Below are positions 30,311 through 38,821 of a DNA stretch of 64,000 bases, piece by piece. Both the position numbers and the translations under genes were made by a program. A model generated the notes under the pieces. That model did not search any database, was not told the DNA's origin, and worked only from the letters and a program-made list of their open reading frames with translations. Source of the DNA: Chloroflexota bacterium (GTDB lineage: Bacteria > Chloroflexota > UBA11872 > VXOZ01); contig CAXXVD010000005.1 of the NCBI GenBank assembly GCA_963662335.2, positions 608,001-672,000 of the forward strand, in the 5' to 3' direction. Within the stretch, counting starts at the first letter, position 1; every line of letters starts with the position of its first letter.

Positions 30311-31074
30311 ACACGGCTTCGAATGCGCAGGGAGCGAGCGTATCCCTTCAGGACGTGACCGTCGAACTCGACGGTCACATGGCCCTGAACAACGTCACCT
30401 TCGACGTGGACGCGGGGACTCTGATGGGCGTGGTAGGGCCGAATGGCGCCGGCAAGAGCACCCTGTTCAACGCCATTGCCGGGCTCCTGCCGGTGCGTCA
30501 GGGGAAGGTGACCCTTCACCGGGTAGACCAGGCGGGCGGGGCGTTGGCGTACGTGCCGCAGCGGGAGAGCGTCAACTGGCGGTTTCCCGTGACCGTGTCG
30601 GACGTGGTCATGATGGGCCGGCGCTGCCGGCTCAGATGGTTCCAGCGGCCGGGGAAGCGAGACCGAGAGCTTGTCAAGGCGTGCATCTGTCGTGTGGGCT
30701 TGTGGGATCAGCGTTCCGCGCTCATGACGGAGCTATCGGGAGGCCAGCGGCAACGGGTGTTCGTCGCCAGGGCGCTGGCCCAGGAGGCGAGCGTTCTGCT
30801 CCTGGATGAGGCCTTTAGCGGCGTCGACGCCGGCGCTCAGGAAGGCCTCGTCGAAGTCCTCCGCACACTGCGGGATGAGGGGCGCATCGTCTTGCTGGCG
30901 ACCCACGACCTGACCAACCTGGCCGGCCGCTTCGACGAGGTCTTGTGTCTGAACTGCCAGGTGTGCGCCTGCGGCCCTCCCGACCAGGTCTTCACGCCCC
31001 AGGTCATGGAGAAGCTGTACGGCGCCCCCGGTGTGCGCCTCGCGCGGGATGTGGGCGGCGGAACGCAGGCGTGA
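30307..31074 (+). CDS. znuC: Zn/Mn ABC ATPase
   Basis: GPNGAGKST, AYVPQ, LSGGQRQR and THDL motifs. Confidence 0.88.
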   Translation: MNTASNAQGASVSLQDVTVELDGHMALNNVTFDVDAGTLMGVVGPNGAGKSTLFNAIAGLLPVRQGKVTLHRVDQAGGALAYVPQRESVNWRFPVTVSDVVMMGRRCRLRWFQRPGKRDRELVKACICRVGLWDQRSALMTELSGGQRQRVFVARALAQEASVLLLDEAFSGVDAGAQEGLVEVLRTLRDEGRIVLLATHDLTNLAGRFDEVLCLNCQVCACGPPDQVFTPQVMEKLYGAPGVRLARDVGGGTQA

Positions 31075-31889
31075 TAGACTTCCTCGTCGCCCCGCTCGAA
31101 TACGGCTTCATGGTGAGAGCCCTCATCGGCTCGATTCTTGTGGGCGTGATGTGTCCGCTGGTTGGCGCGTACGTCGTCACCAGGAATCTCGCCTTCATTG
31201 GCGACGCGCTCGCTCACGCGGTGCTGCCGGGCATGGTGCTCGGGTTCATCGTCGGCATCAACCCGGCCATAGCCGCCATCCCAACCGGCGTCTCCGTTGC
31301 CATTTTGGTCAGAACGGTGAGCCGGCGCGCGGGCCTCAGCACGGATACTTCCATTGGCATTCTCTTTGCGGCCATGTTTGCCCTGGGACTTGTGATGCTA
31401 GCAAGCGCCACGAACATCCGGGTGAATATGGAAGACCTGCTGCTGGGAAAAGTGCTGGCCATATCTCCGACCGACATCTATGTGTCACTTGGGATAACGG
31501 CAATTGTCATCCTGGGGCTATTCTTCCTCCACCATTGGCTGCTGTTTGCGAGTTTTGACCCCGTGGGATCGCAGGTTGTCGGTTCGCGTACTAACTTCGT
31601 CGACTACGTGTTCCTGGTTATGCTTGCCCTCGTTATCGTAATTGGGATTCAGGCGGCGGGTATTGTTCTTGTGATGGCGATGCTGGTAACGCCCGCGGCC
31701 GCGGCCTATCTGTTGGTCAGGCGTTTCGTCTCGATGATGCTGCTGGCCGCGGCGCTGGGGACCGCTTCCGCAGTGACGGGCCTCTACGTCTCCTACCACT
31801 TCAATGTGCCCGCCGCTCCCGCCATGACCCTGGTAGCAAGCGGGATATTCGCACTGGTAGCCCTATTCAGGCGCAGAGCCCTGGCCTGA
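31071..31889 (+). CDS. znuB: Zn/Mn ABC permease
   Basis: GTGA overlap; GDALAHAVLPG, DTSIGI and SFDP motifs. Confidence 0.88.
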   Translation: MIDFLVAPLEYGFMVRALIGSILVGVMCPLVGAYVVTRNLAFIGDALAHAVLPGMVLGFIVGINPAIAAIPTGVSVAILVRTVSRRAGLSTDTSIGILFAAMFALGLVMLASATNIRVNMEDLLLGKVLAISPTDIYVSLGITAIVILGLFFLHHWLLFASFDPVGSQVVGSRTNFVDYVFLVMLALVIVIGIQAAGIVLVMAMLVTPAAAAYLLVRRFVSMMLLAAALGTASAVTGLYVSYHFNVPAAPAMTLVASGIFALVALFRRRALA

Positions 31890-31919
31890 GAGGCTCGCTC
31901 TACAAATAACTTTAGCGAG

Positions 31920-32148
31920 CCGTTCGCCCTGAGCGGCGTCGAAGGGTGAACGGCGGAGCGACCGCGTAGAAACTCTGCCCGCCTCTCTCCGTTCGTGCTG
32001 AGCTTGTCGAAGCATGAACGGAGAGAGGCGGGCATTCTCCAATGCTGTCGCATAAACGTAGCGCGGGGGCTTGTCCCCCGCCGGAACTATTCAAACTGGC
32101 ACGCACAGGATTGACCTAACAGCTTCGCAGGTTACAAACCTGCGCTAC
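31920..32148. repeat. REP cluster of three families
   Basis: CCGTTC..GTCGAAG..GAACGG twice; GTAGCGCGGGGGCTTGTCCCCCGC at 32058; CGCAGGTTACAAACCTGCGCTAC at 32126. Confidence 0.8.
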
Positions 32149-32379
32149 CGGAGATTCTAGACGCGAGTTCTGCTGTCGATCTGTTTAGTGCGACAGTATT
32201 ACGGGCATTCTCATTCCTTTGTGTGCCCTTCAGATGGCCATGGTGATTCCCCTCGCAAACAGTGCGTCAGCGTCCCAAACGTCTGCAAAGTCCTGTTGCG
32301 CGATCGCGGTTTGGCGCATGGCCGCGCCGGGCGGGGGCGCCGCGCAAACAAAGACGACTAGCACGCCTGCGCCGCTTTC

Positions 32380-33126
32380 TCAGCCTCCCGGCGGGCGGCG
32401 GGCGAGGCTGAAACTCTGGCCCGTGGGCCCGCCGCGCGGACGGCTGGCCAGCCACACGGTGAGTTCCGCCACTTCTTCCGGCAGCTTGACGCGCTCGCTG
32501 GGGGCAAAGGGCGGCGGGCCGTCCAGCGTGAAGCGGTCGGCCGTGAGCGGCGTGAGCACCGGCCCGGGCACGATCTCGTTCACCTCGACGCCGTGCTCCC
32601 ACACCTCCAGCGCGAGGCACTTGGTGAACATCCACACCGCCGCCTTGGCCGTATTGTACGACGCGCTGCCGGCCCGCGCCTCGTGGCCCATGCCGGAGCC
32701 GATGTTGATGATCTTGCCGCCCCCGCCCGCAATCATCCCGGGCAGGACGTAGCGCGCACAGGCGTACGTGCCGATGAGGTTCACGTCGATGCACGCCGCC
32801 CACAAGTCCGGCGCGCTCTCCGCCACCGGTGCGTTTTCGGTGCCGCCGCCGGCATTATTTACCAGAATATCGATGCCGCCCAAGGACTCCGCCGCCTCGC
32901 CTACCATCTGTTCGACCTGGCCCACGTCGCCCACGTCGCATACAAACGACACCGCGTAGCCGCCCGCCGCCTGAATTTCCGCGACAACGGCGTCAAGCTG
33001 GTCCTCGGAGCGCGCGGTGACGGCCACGCTTGCGCCTTCTTGAGCAAAGGCGAGCGCGATCGCGCGCCCAATGCCGCGCCCGCCGCCCGTAATCAGCGCG
33101 CGGCATCCTGACAACGTTTCACCCAT
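32380..33126 (-). CDS. SDR-family oxidoreductase
   Basis: TGGGRGIG, VNNAG and YNTAK motifs. Confidence 0.92.
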   Translation of the reverse strand: MGETLSGCRALITGGGRGIGRAIALAFAQEGASVAVTARSEDQLDAVVAEIQAAGGYAVSFVCDVGDVGQVEQMVGEAAESLGGIDILVNNAGGGTENAPVAESAPDLWAACIDVNLIGTYACARYVLPGMIAGGGGKIINIGSGMGHEARAGSASYNTAKAAVWMFTKCLALEVWEHGVEVNEIVPGPVLTPLTADRFTLDGPPPFAPSERVKLPEEVAELTVWLASRPRGGPTGQSFSLARRPPGG

Positions 33127-33157
33127 CGCACGTGCTCCGCTCCGTTCCATCCAAATC

Positions 33158-33186
33158 TTGACAGTGCCGCCCGTTTCGCCTACCGT
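33158..33186 (+). promoter_or_regulatory. Putative promoter of tRNA-Gly
   Basis: TTGACA-17 bp-TACCGT. Confidence 0.55.
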
Positions 33187-33201
33187 AGTCTATGACGCTA
33201 T

Positions 33202-33276
33202 GCGGGCATGGTGTAGTGGCAACACGCGACCTTCCCAAGGTTGAGACCGTGGGTTCGAATCCCATTGCCCGCTCCA
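33202..33276 (+). tRNA. tRNA-Gly (anticodon CCC)
   Basis: GCGGGCA/TGCCCGC acceptor stem, CGACC-TTCCCAA-GGTTG arm, GGTTCGAATCC, TCCA end. Confidence 0.96.
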
Positions 33277-33317
33277 AAACGACGCCAATCCGCGCGCTCA
33301 CTGCCGGCTACCGCCCC

Positions 33318-33425
33318 GTAGCGCGGGGGCTTGTCCCCCGCCTCTTCTTTTGCAATGTCGTCGCGCGAACGCTTGTCCCACGCTCTCCCGCCAACCACCC
33401 GTAGCGCGACGGCTTGTCCCCCGCG
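33318..33425. repeat. Two GTAGCGCG..GGCTTGTCCCCCGC REPs
   Basis: Copies at 33318 and 33401. Confidence 0.8.
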
Positions 33426-33478
33426 CCTTGCCTGACTAACCGCGTAGACCACGCGCCGCCCTGGCGCGGCCATCTAGG

Positions 33479-33976
33479 CTACTCTTCGCCGGCCCGCCCC
33501 GCCAACTCCCGGTCCAGCATCATCAGGCCGCTGGGGTCATCCTGCACCCGCTTCAATTGCTGCACGATGTCGCCGGTCACGCGCTCTTCCTCCACCTGTT
33601 CCACCAGGAACCACTGCAATTCCGCCTGGGTGGTATAGTCGTTCTCCTCTTCGGCCAGGGCGTAGAGATTGTGGATCATCTGCGTGACCTCCTGCTCGTG
33701 GGCCAGCGCGTTCTCGAAGACCGCCAGCGGCTTGCCCATGCGCGGGGACGGCGCCTCGATGCCCTGGATGACGATGTCGCCGCCCCGGTTCACCACCATG
33801 TCGATCACCCGCAGCGCGTGGGCGCGTTCCTCATCGCTCTGCACGCGCATCCAGTGGGCAAAGCCGGGCAGCGCCTGCGACTCGAAGTACGCCGCCATCG
33901 CCAGGTAGAGGTGAGACGCGTAGAGTTCGTCGGTGATCTGCTTGTTCAACGCCGTGCGTATCGATTCGGACAACAT
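33479..33976 (-). CDS. ftn: Non-heme ferritin
   Basis: ELYASHLYLAM, EERAHA, HEQEVT and LQWFLVEQVEEE ferroxidase motifs. Confidence 0.93.
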   Translation of the reverse strand: MLSESIRTALNKQITDELYASHLYLAMAAYFESQALPGFAHWMRVQSDEERAHALRVIDMVVNRGGDIVIQGIEAPSPRMGKPLAVFENALAHEQEVTQMIHNLYALAEEENDYTTQAELQWFLVEQVEEERVTGDIVQQLKRVQDDPSGLMMLDRELAGRAGEE

Positions 33977-34424
33977 TGGCTTTCGCTCCTCAGTTCGCAT
34001 GTGCGTGGGTGAATCGCAACCCTGATCCCCATTGTACTACGCAAGAGGCGCCGCGCAATCTGCCGGGCAGCGCCTGCTCGTTTCCGAGACCCCGCCAAAG
34101 AAGTGCGCCGACCGGACTGGCGCGGCGCCGGCGGCTCGGTAGACCCGCCGCCGGAACGCTTATTCCTCTCCCAATACGCGCGCGGTAGAATGAGCGGGAG
34201 TCTGCCCGGCGCGCTGCCCGCCCGCGCCGGGGCGGCTGTCGTTTCGCCGTCGACTCACAGCGGCATTGCGCGCTTGGGCGGCGCAATGCTCTACAAAGAT
34301 GGCGGCAGCATGGTACGGTAGTAGGTAGAGAGCAACAGCGCGTGCATTCTGGCAGGCCGCCGCTGGCAGCGGCCACACCAGGAAGAGAGCACCCACCCAG
34401 AACAGGCCAGAAGGAGGCAATGGC

Positions 34425-35471
34425 ATGTCAGTCTATGACCGTGGCGGCCCGCGCGGCGGCCCGCCGGACGACGAAGACAATGAGGACTTTGGCGAAGTCT
34501 TCCGCCAGACCCGCGACCGGGCCCGGCGGGCGCAACGCTTCATCATCCTCGGCTTTGCAATCGCGGTAGTGTTGTGGATCGGCTCCGGCGTCTACATCGT
34601 CGGCCCCGCCGAGCAGGGCGTTGTCCTCCAATTCGGACGGCACGTGAACACCACGTCGCCGGGCGTGAACTACCGCCTGCCCTGGCCGGTCCAAAGCGTC
34701 GTCATCGTTGACATCGCCAACGTGCGCCGTGCCGAAATCGGCCAACGCACGGTGGCCGGGCAGAGCGGCCAGGAGACCCGCCGCATCCTGGAAGAAGCGC
34801 TAATGTTGACGGCTGACGAAAACATCGTCGAAGTTGGCCTGCTCGTGCAGTACAAGGTCAAGGACGCCGCGGCGTTCGTCTTCAACGTGAACAATCCGGA
34901 AGCCGTATTGCACACAACCACGGAAGTTGCGCTGCGCAGCGCCGTGGGCAAGATGCCCATCGACGGCGTAATCACCGAGCGCCGCGCCGAGGTGCAGGAG
35001 AACACCCGCGCCTACTTGCAGGAACTCATGGACGAATATGACGCGGGCATCCAGATCACCGACGTGCGCCTGCAAGTGGCCGACGCGCCCGACCAGGTGC
35101 GGGACGCCTTCCACGAAGTGGTGCGCGCCCGTGAAGACCGGGAGCGCAAGGTGAACGAAGCCCAGGCCTACCGCGAAGACGTGGTGCCCCGAGCGCGCGG
35201 TGAAGCCAAGCGCCTCCTGGAACAAGCGCAGGCGTACAAGGAAGAGCGCGTCCGCAGCGCGCGCGGTGAGAGCGAGCGCTTCCTCTCCATTCTGAGAGAG
35301 TACCGCCTCGCCCCCGAGGTAACCCGCGAACGCATGTACATCGAGGCGGTCGAGCAAGCCATGGCGGACGTGGAGAAAGTGCTGATTGCGCCGGCCGACA
35401 GCGGCGTGCTGCCCTTCCTCCCGCTCCGCAGCCTGCAGTCCGGCTCGCAATCATCCAGCATTAGCCAGTAG
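34425..35471 (+). CDS. hflK: FtsH protease modulator HflK
   Basis: MLTADENIV, NEAQAY, VPRARGEA and APEVTRERMYIE motifs. Confidence 0.93.
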   Translation: MSVYDRGGPRGGPPDDEDNEDFGEVFRQTRDRARRAQRFIILGFAIAVVLWIGSGVYIVGPAEQGVVLQFGRHVNTTSPGVNYRLPWPVQSVVIVDIANVRRAEIGQRTVAGQSGQETRRILEEALMLTADENIVEVGLLVQYKVKDAAAFVFNVNNPEAVLHTTTEVALRSAVGKMPIDGVITERRAEVQENTRAYLQELMDEYDAGIQITDVRLQVADAPDQVRDAFHEVVRAREDRERKVNEAQAYREDVVPRARGEAKRLLEQAQAYKEERVRSARGESERFLSILREYRLAPEVTRERMYIEAVEQAMADVEKVLIAPADSGVLPFLPLRSLQSGSQSSSISQ

Positions 35472-35483
35472 AGGAGGCGCCAA

Positions 35484-36401
35484 ATGGGACGAACCCTAAC
35501 CGTAATCGTCGCCCTGGGGGCGCTGATTCTCATCGTGTTTTCGCAGGTGACCTTCGTTGTCGCCGAAACCAACCAGGCCATCGTCTTGCAGCTTGGCGAG
35601 TATCGCTACACGGCCCGAGACCCCGGCCTCTACTTCAAGCTGCCTTTCGTGCAAGAAGCGGTCTACTTCGACCGCCGCTTGCTCTCCAGCGACGCCGAAC
35701 CGCAGGAGTATCTCACGCTTGACAAGAAGCGCGTCATCGTTGACCACGTGACCCGCTGGCGCATCATCGACCCGATCAAGTTCTTCGTCAGCGTGCAGAA
35801 TGAGACCGGCGCGCGGGCACGCCTGGACGACGTCGTCTTCTCGGAACTGCGCCGCACCCTCGCGACGTACAACTTCGACGTGATCATTGCCAGTGAACGC
35901 GAGAACATCATGGGACTGGTCACAATCGCCAGCAGTCAACGGGCCCTGGACTTCGGTATCGAGGTGATTGACGTGCGCTTCAAACGCGCCGACCTGCCTG
36001 AGGAAGTCGAGGAAAGCGTCTTCGACCGGATGCGGGCCGAGCGCGCGCGTGAGGCCAACCGCTACCGCGCCGAGGGTGAGGAGCAAGCCGCCGAGATCAT
36101 GGCCTCCGCCGACCGCGAACGCATCGTGATCGTCGCGGAAGCCGAGGAGGCAGCAGCGCAAACCCGCGGCGAGGGCGACGCCGAAGCCATCGCCATCTAC
36201 GCCGACGCCCTCAACCAGGACCCCGAATTCTTCGCCTTCCGCCGCCGCCTGGAGGCGTACGTCAAGGTCTTGAAGCAAGGCGACATGCTCGTCATCTCGC
36301 CGGAGAGCGAGTTCTTCAAGTACCTGATCGACCCGTCACCGCAGCGCGACGTGGGCAACCCACTGCCCGCGCTGGCGCCGACGACCGTGGAAGACGAGTA
36401 A
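35484..36401 (+). CDS. hflC: FtsH protease modulator HflC
   Basis: PGLYFKLPF, LTLDKK, RMRAER and DPEFFAFRRRLEAY motifs. Confidence 0.93.
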   Translation: MGRTLTVIVALGALILIVFSQVTFVVAETNQAIVLQLGEYRYTARDPGLYFKLPFVQEAVYFDRRLLSSDAEPQEYLTLDKKRVIVDHVTRWRIIDPIKFFVSVQNETGARARLDDVVFSELRRTLATYNFDVIIASERENIMGLVTIASSQRALDFGIEVIDVRFKRADLPEEVEESVFDRMRAERAREANRYRAEGEEQAAEIMASADRERIVIVAEAEEAAAQTRGEGDAEAIAIYADALNQDPEFFAFRRRLEAYVKVLKQGDMLVISPESEFFKYLIDPSPQRDVGNPLPALAPTTVEDE

Positions 36402-36496
36402 GGAGGCTGCGCTAACCTTGTCCTGCGCTCTTGCGCCGGCCATGTGCTTCGAAGGCTGCGCCAGCAAGCGCCGGACGATAGCGCCATCCGAATGCG

Positions 36497-36524
36497 GTAG
36501 GGGCACGGCATGCCGTGCTCCTAC
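36497..36524. repeat. GTAG-type REP
   Basis: GTAGGGGCACGGCATGCCGTGCTCCTAC. Confidence 0.82.
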
Positions 36525-36629
36525 CGCAACCGGCGGTTTCTCACGATTGGCGCGCGGAACTCCAGCGATACCGCCTGTCACGCCCGCCGCCACCGCCCGA
36601 AGTGCTATACTGAGAACAGTTGAACACAT

Positions 36630-36705
36630 GCCCCGTTAGCTCAGTGGATAGAGCACTGGCTTGCGGAGCCAGGGGTCGAGCGTTCGAGTCGCTCACGGGG
36701 TACCA
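36630..36705 (+). tRNA. tRNA-Arg (anticodon GCG)
   Basis: GCCCCGT/ACGGGGT acceptor stem, CTGGC-TTGCGGA-GCCAG arm, GTTCGAGT, ACCA end; TGCTATACT extended -10 upstream. Confidence 0.95.
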
Positions 36706-36711
36706 AGGCTC

Positions 36712-37602
36712 TCACATCATGCCGTGCCCAAAGGGGTCGTCTCCTATCCACCGTTCGTCAGCCGGCTCTGTGGCCGGTTGGTAGCGGGTGTCGGTGGAGA
36801 GGCGGATGCGGTTCCGGGCGCTTTCGTTGTCGATGGCGCAGTGCAGCGTAAACATGCCGAAGACGAGCAGATCGCCCGGCTCGAACTCCGTAGTCAGCCA
36901 GCGGCCGCCGTAGCGCTGTTGGGGCTGGTTGGGGTTCTTGGTCAGCCAGCCGCCGCCGTACGGGTTCTTCTCCTTGTCCCGGTCCACGTCGATCTTGCCG
37001 TAGGTGTTCTGCAACTCTTCCCAGCGGTGCGAGCCGTGCAGGATTGCCAGCGGGCCGTCGCCCAGGGGCACGTCGCCCTGGGGTATCCACGCCGTCATGA
37101 GCCGCGGCGTGCCGCGTCCCATGTAGACCCAATCGAAGTGGCAGCCGGTGGCCGCGCCGCGCCGCACGTTGCGCACCCAGATGTAATCGAGATGCCGCAC
37201 CGCTTCGCCAAAGAACTGCGCGAAGAACTCCATGACCCGCCCGGCAAAGCAAATCTCTTTCAACGCCGGGCCGGAGCGCAGGCGGCGGGCGAAATGCTTG
37301 CGGTCGCTGGCGCTGATGCCGCTGGTATCGCCGGAAAAGACCGCGTCCATGAAGGGCTGCGCGCGGTCGATCAGGCCGATTTCGTCCAGCCTGCCAATCA
37401 GTTCCCGCCGCGCAGCCAGCACCTTCTCCGTGTCCAGGTAGCCGCGCAGCAGCAGGTAGCCGTCCTCGGCGAACCGCTCGCGCAGCGCGGCCGCATTGCC
37501 CAGCAGGCCGTTGGCCTCGCGCAACTCCCCAAACGACTCGTTGGAGAGGTCGAAGGCATTGCCGTTCGATGTCAATGTATCCGGTAGCACCGTCGTCTGC
37601 AT
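36712..37602 (-). CDS. PhyH-family dioxygenase (tandem copy A)
   Basis: EDGYLLLR, HFD, LHGSH, TLH and RLSTDTRY motifs. Confidence 0.9.
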   Translation of the reverse strand: MQTTVLPDTLTSNGNAFDLSNESFGELREANGLLGNAAALRERFAEDGYLLLRGYLDTEKVLAARRELIGRLDEIGLIDRAQPFMDAVFSGDTSGISASDRKHFARRLRSGPALKEICFAGRVMEFFAQFFGEAVRHLDYIWVRNVRRGAATGCHFDWVYMGRGTPRLMTAWIPQGDVPLGDGPLAILHGSHRWEELQNTYGKIDVDRDKEKNPYGGGWLTKNPNQPQQRYGGRWLTTEFEPGDLLVFGMFTLHCAIDNESARNRIRLSTDTRYQPATEPADERWIGDDPFGHGMM

Positions 37603-37800
37603 CGCCACCCTCCAGAGCCTCACATCTGACGCGTTGGTTCCCAAGCGGCGGGCCGCCGCCCGAGACCGCGCGCCGCGTCAACACGTGTTGCGAGCACGTC
37701 CATACTACCTGCCGCGCGCACGGAAAGGCAATGCGGCAGTCCCTCACCGCCCCGGCGCCGCAGCGCCGGCGCCATCCGGCGTTCACACCACTCAGAAGTC

Positions 37801-38697
37801 TCACATCATGCCGTGGCCGAAAGGATCATCTCCGATCCAGCGTTCGTCAGCCGGTTCGCTGGCAAGTTGGTAGCGCGTGTCGGTGGAAAGGCGGATGCGG
37901 TTCGCCGGGCTCTCGTTATCCAGCGAGCAATGGAGCGTGAACATGCCGAACATGAGCACGTCACCCGGTGCGAACTCGGTGGTAAGCCAGCGCCCGCCGT
38001 AGCGTTGCTGCGGCTGGTTCGGATTCTTCGTCAGCGAGCCGCCGCCGTAGGGGTTCTTCTCCTTGTCTTTGTCCACGTCGATCGCGCCGTAGGTCTGCTG
38101 CAGTTCCTGCCACTTGTGGGAGCCGTGCAGGATCGCCAGCGGTCCGTCGCAGAGGGGCACCGCTCCTTGTGGGATCCATGCCGTCACCACGTTCCTGGTG
38201 CCGCGTCCCATGTACACCCAGTCGAAGTGACAGGGAGCAGCCGCCCCGCGCCGCCGGTTCCGCACCCAGATATAGTTGAGGTGCAGCACCTCATCACCGA
38301 AGTACTCCGCGAAGAACGACATGATCCGGCCGGAGAAGCAGACCTCCTTCAGCGCCGGCCCCGACCGCAGTTCACGGGCAAATGCCCGGCGGTCCGACGC
38401 GCTGATGCCGCTCGTATCACCCGAAAAGACGGCATCCATGAAGGGCTTGCCCCGGTCGATGAGACAGATTTCGTCGAGCTTTCCGATCAGTTCGCGGCGC
38501 GCTGCCAGCACCTTCTCCGTGTCCAGATAATTGCGGAAGAGCAGGTAGCCGTCCTCGGCAAGCCGTTCGCGTATCGCGGCCATGTCACCCAGCAAGCCGT
38601 TGGCGTCGCGCAACTCCCCGAACGTCTCCTGCGAGAGGTCGAAGGCATGGCCGTTCGACGTCAATGTATCCGGGAGAACCATCGTCTGCATCGCCAC
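37801..38697 (-). CDS. PhyH-family dioxygenase (tandem copy B)
   Basis: Colinear with copy A, identical C-terminus EPADERWIGDDPFGHGMM; start could be 38691. Confidence 0.9.
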   Translation of the reverse strand: MAMQTMVLPDTLTSNGHAFDLSQETFGELRDANGLLGDMAAIRERLAEDGYLLFRNYLDTEKVLAARRELIGKLDEICLIDRGKPFMDAVFSGDTSGISASDRRAFARELRSGPALKEVCFSGRIMSFFAEYFGDEVLHLNYIWVRNRRRGAAAPCHFDWVYMGRGTRNVVTAWIPQGAVPLCDGPLAILHGSHKWQELQQTYGAIDVDKDKEKNPYGGGSLTKNPNQPQQRYGGRWLTTEFAPGDVLMFGMFTLHCSLDNESPANRIRLSTDTRYQLASEPADERWIGDDPFGHGMM

Positions 38698-38821
38698 CTC
38701 ATACCCTCCTAACTTGCCGTGAGAAACACCGAAACCGCAGCGCCCGCGTTTCCACGCGCTCCGACGGCCTATTCGAATGCTGCCCTGTCAATTGTGCCAA
38801 ATGGCGGGCTTCTAACCGGCC

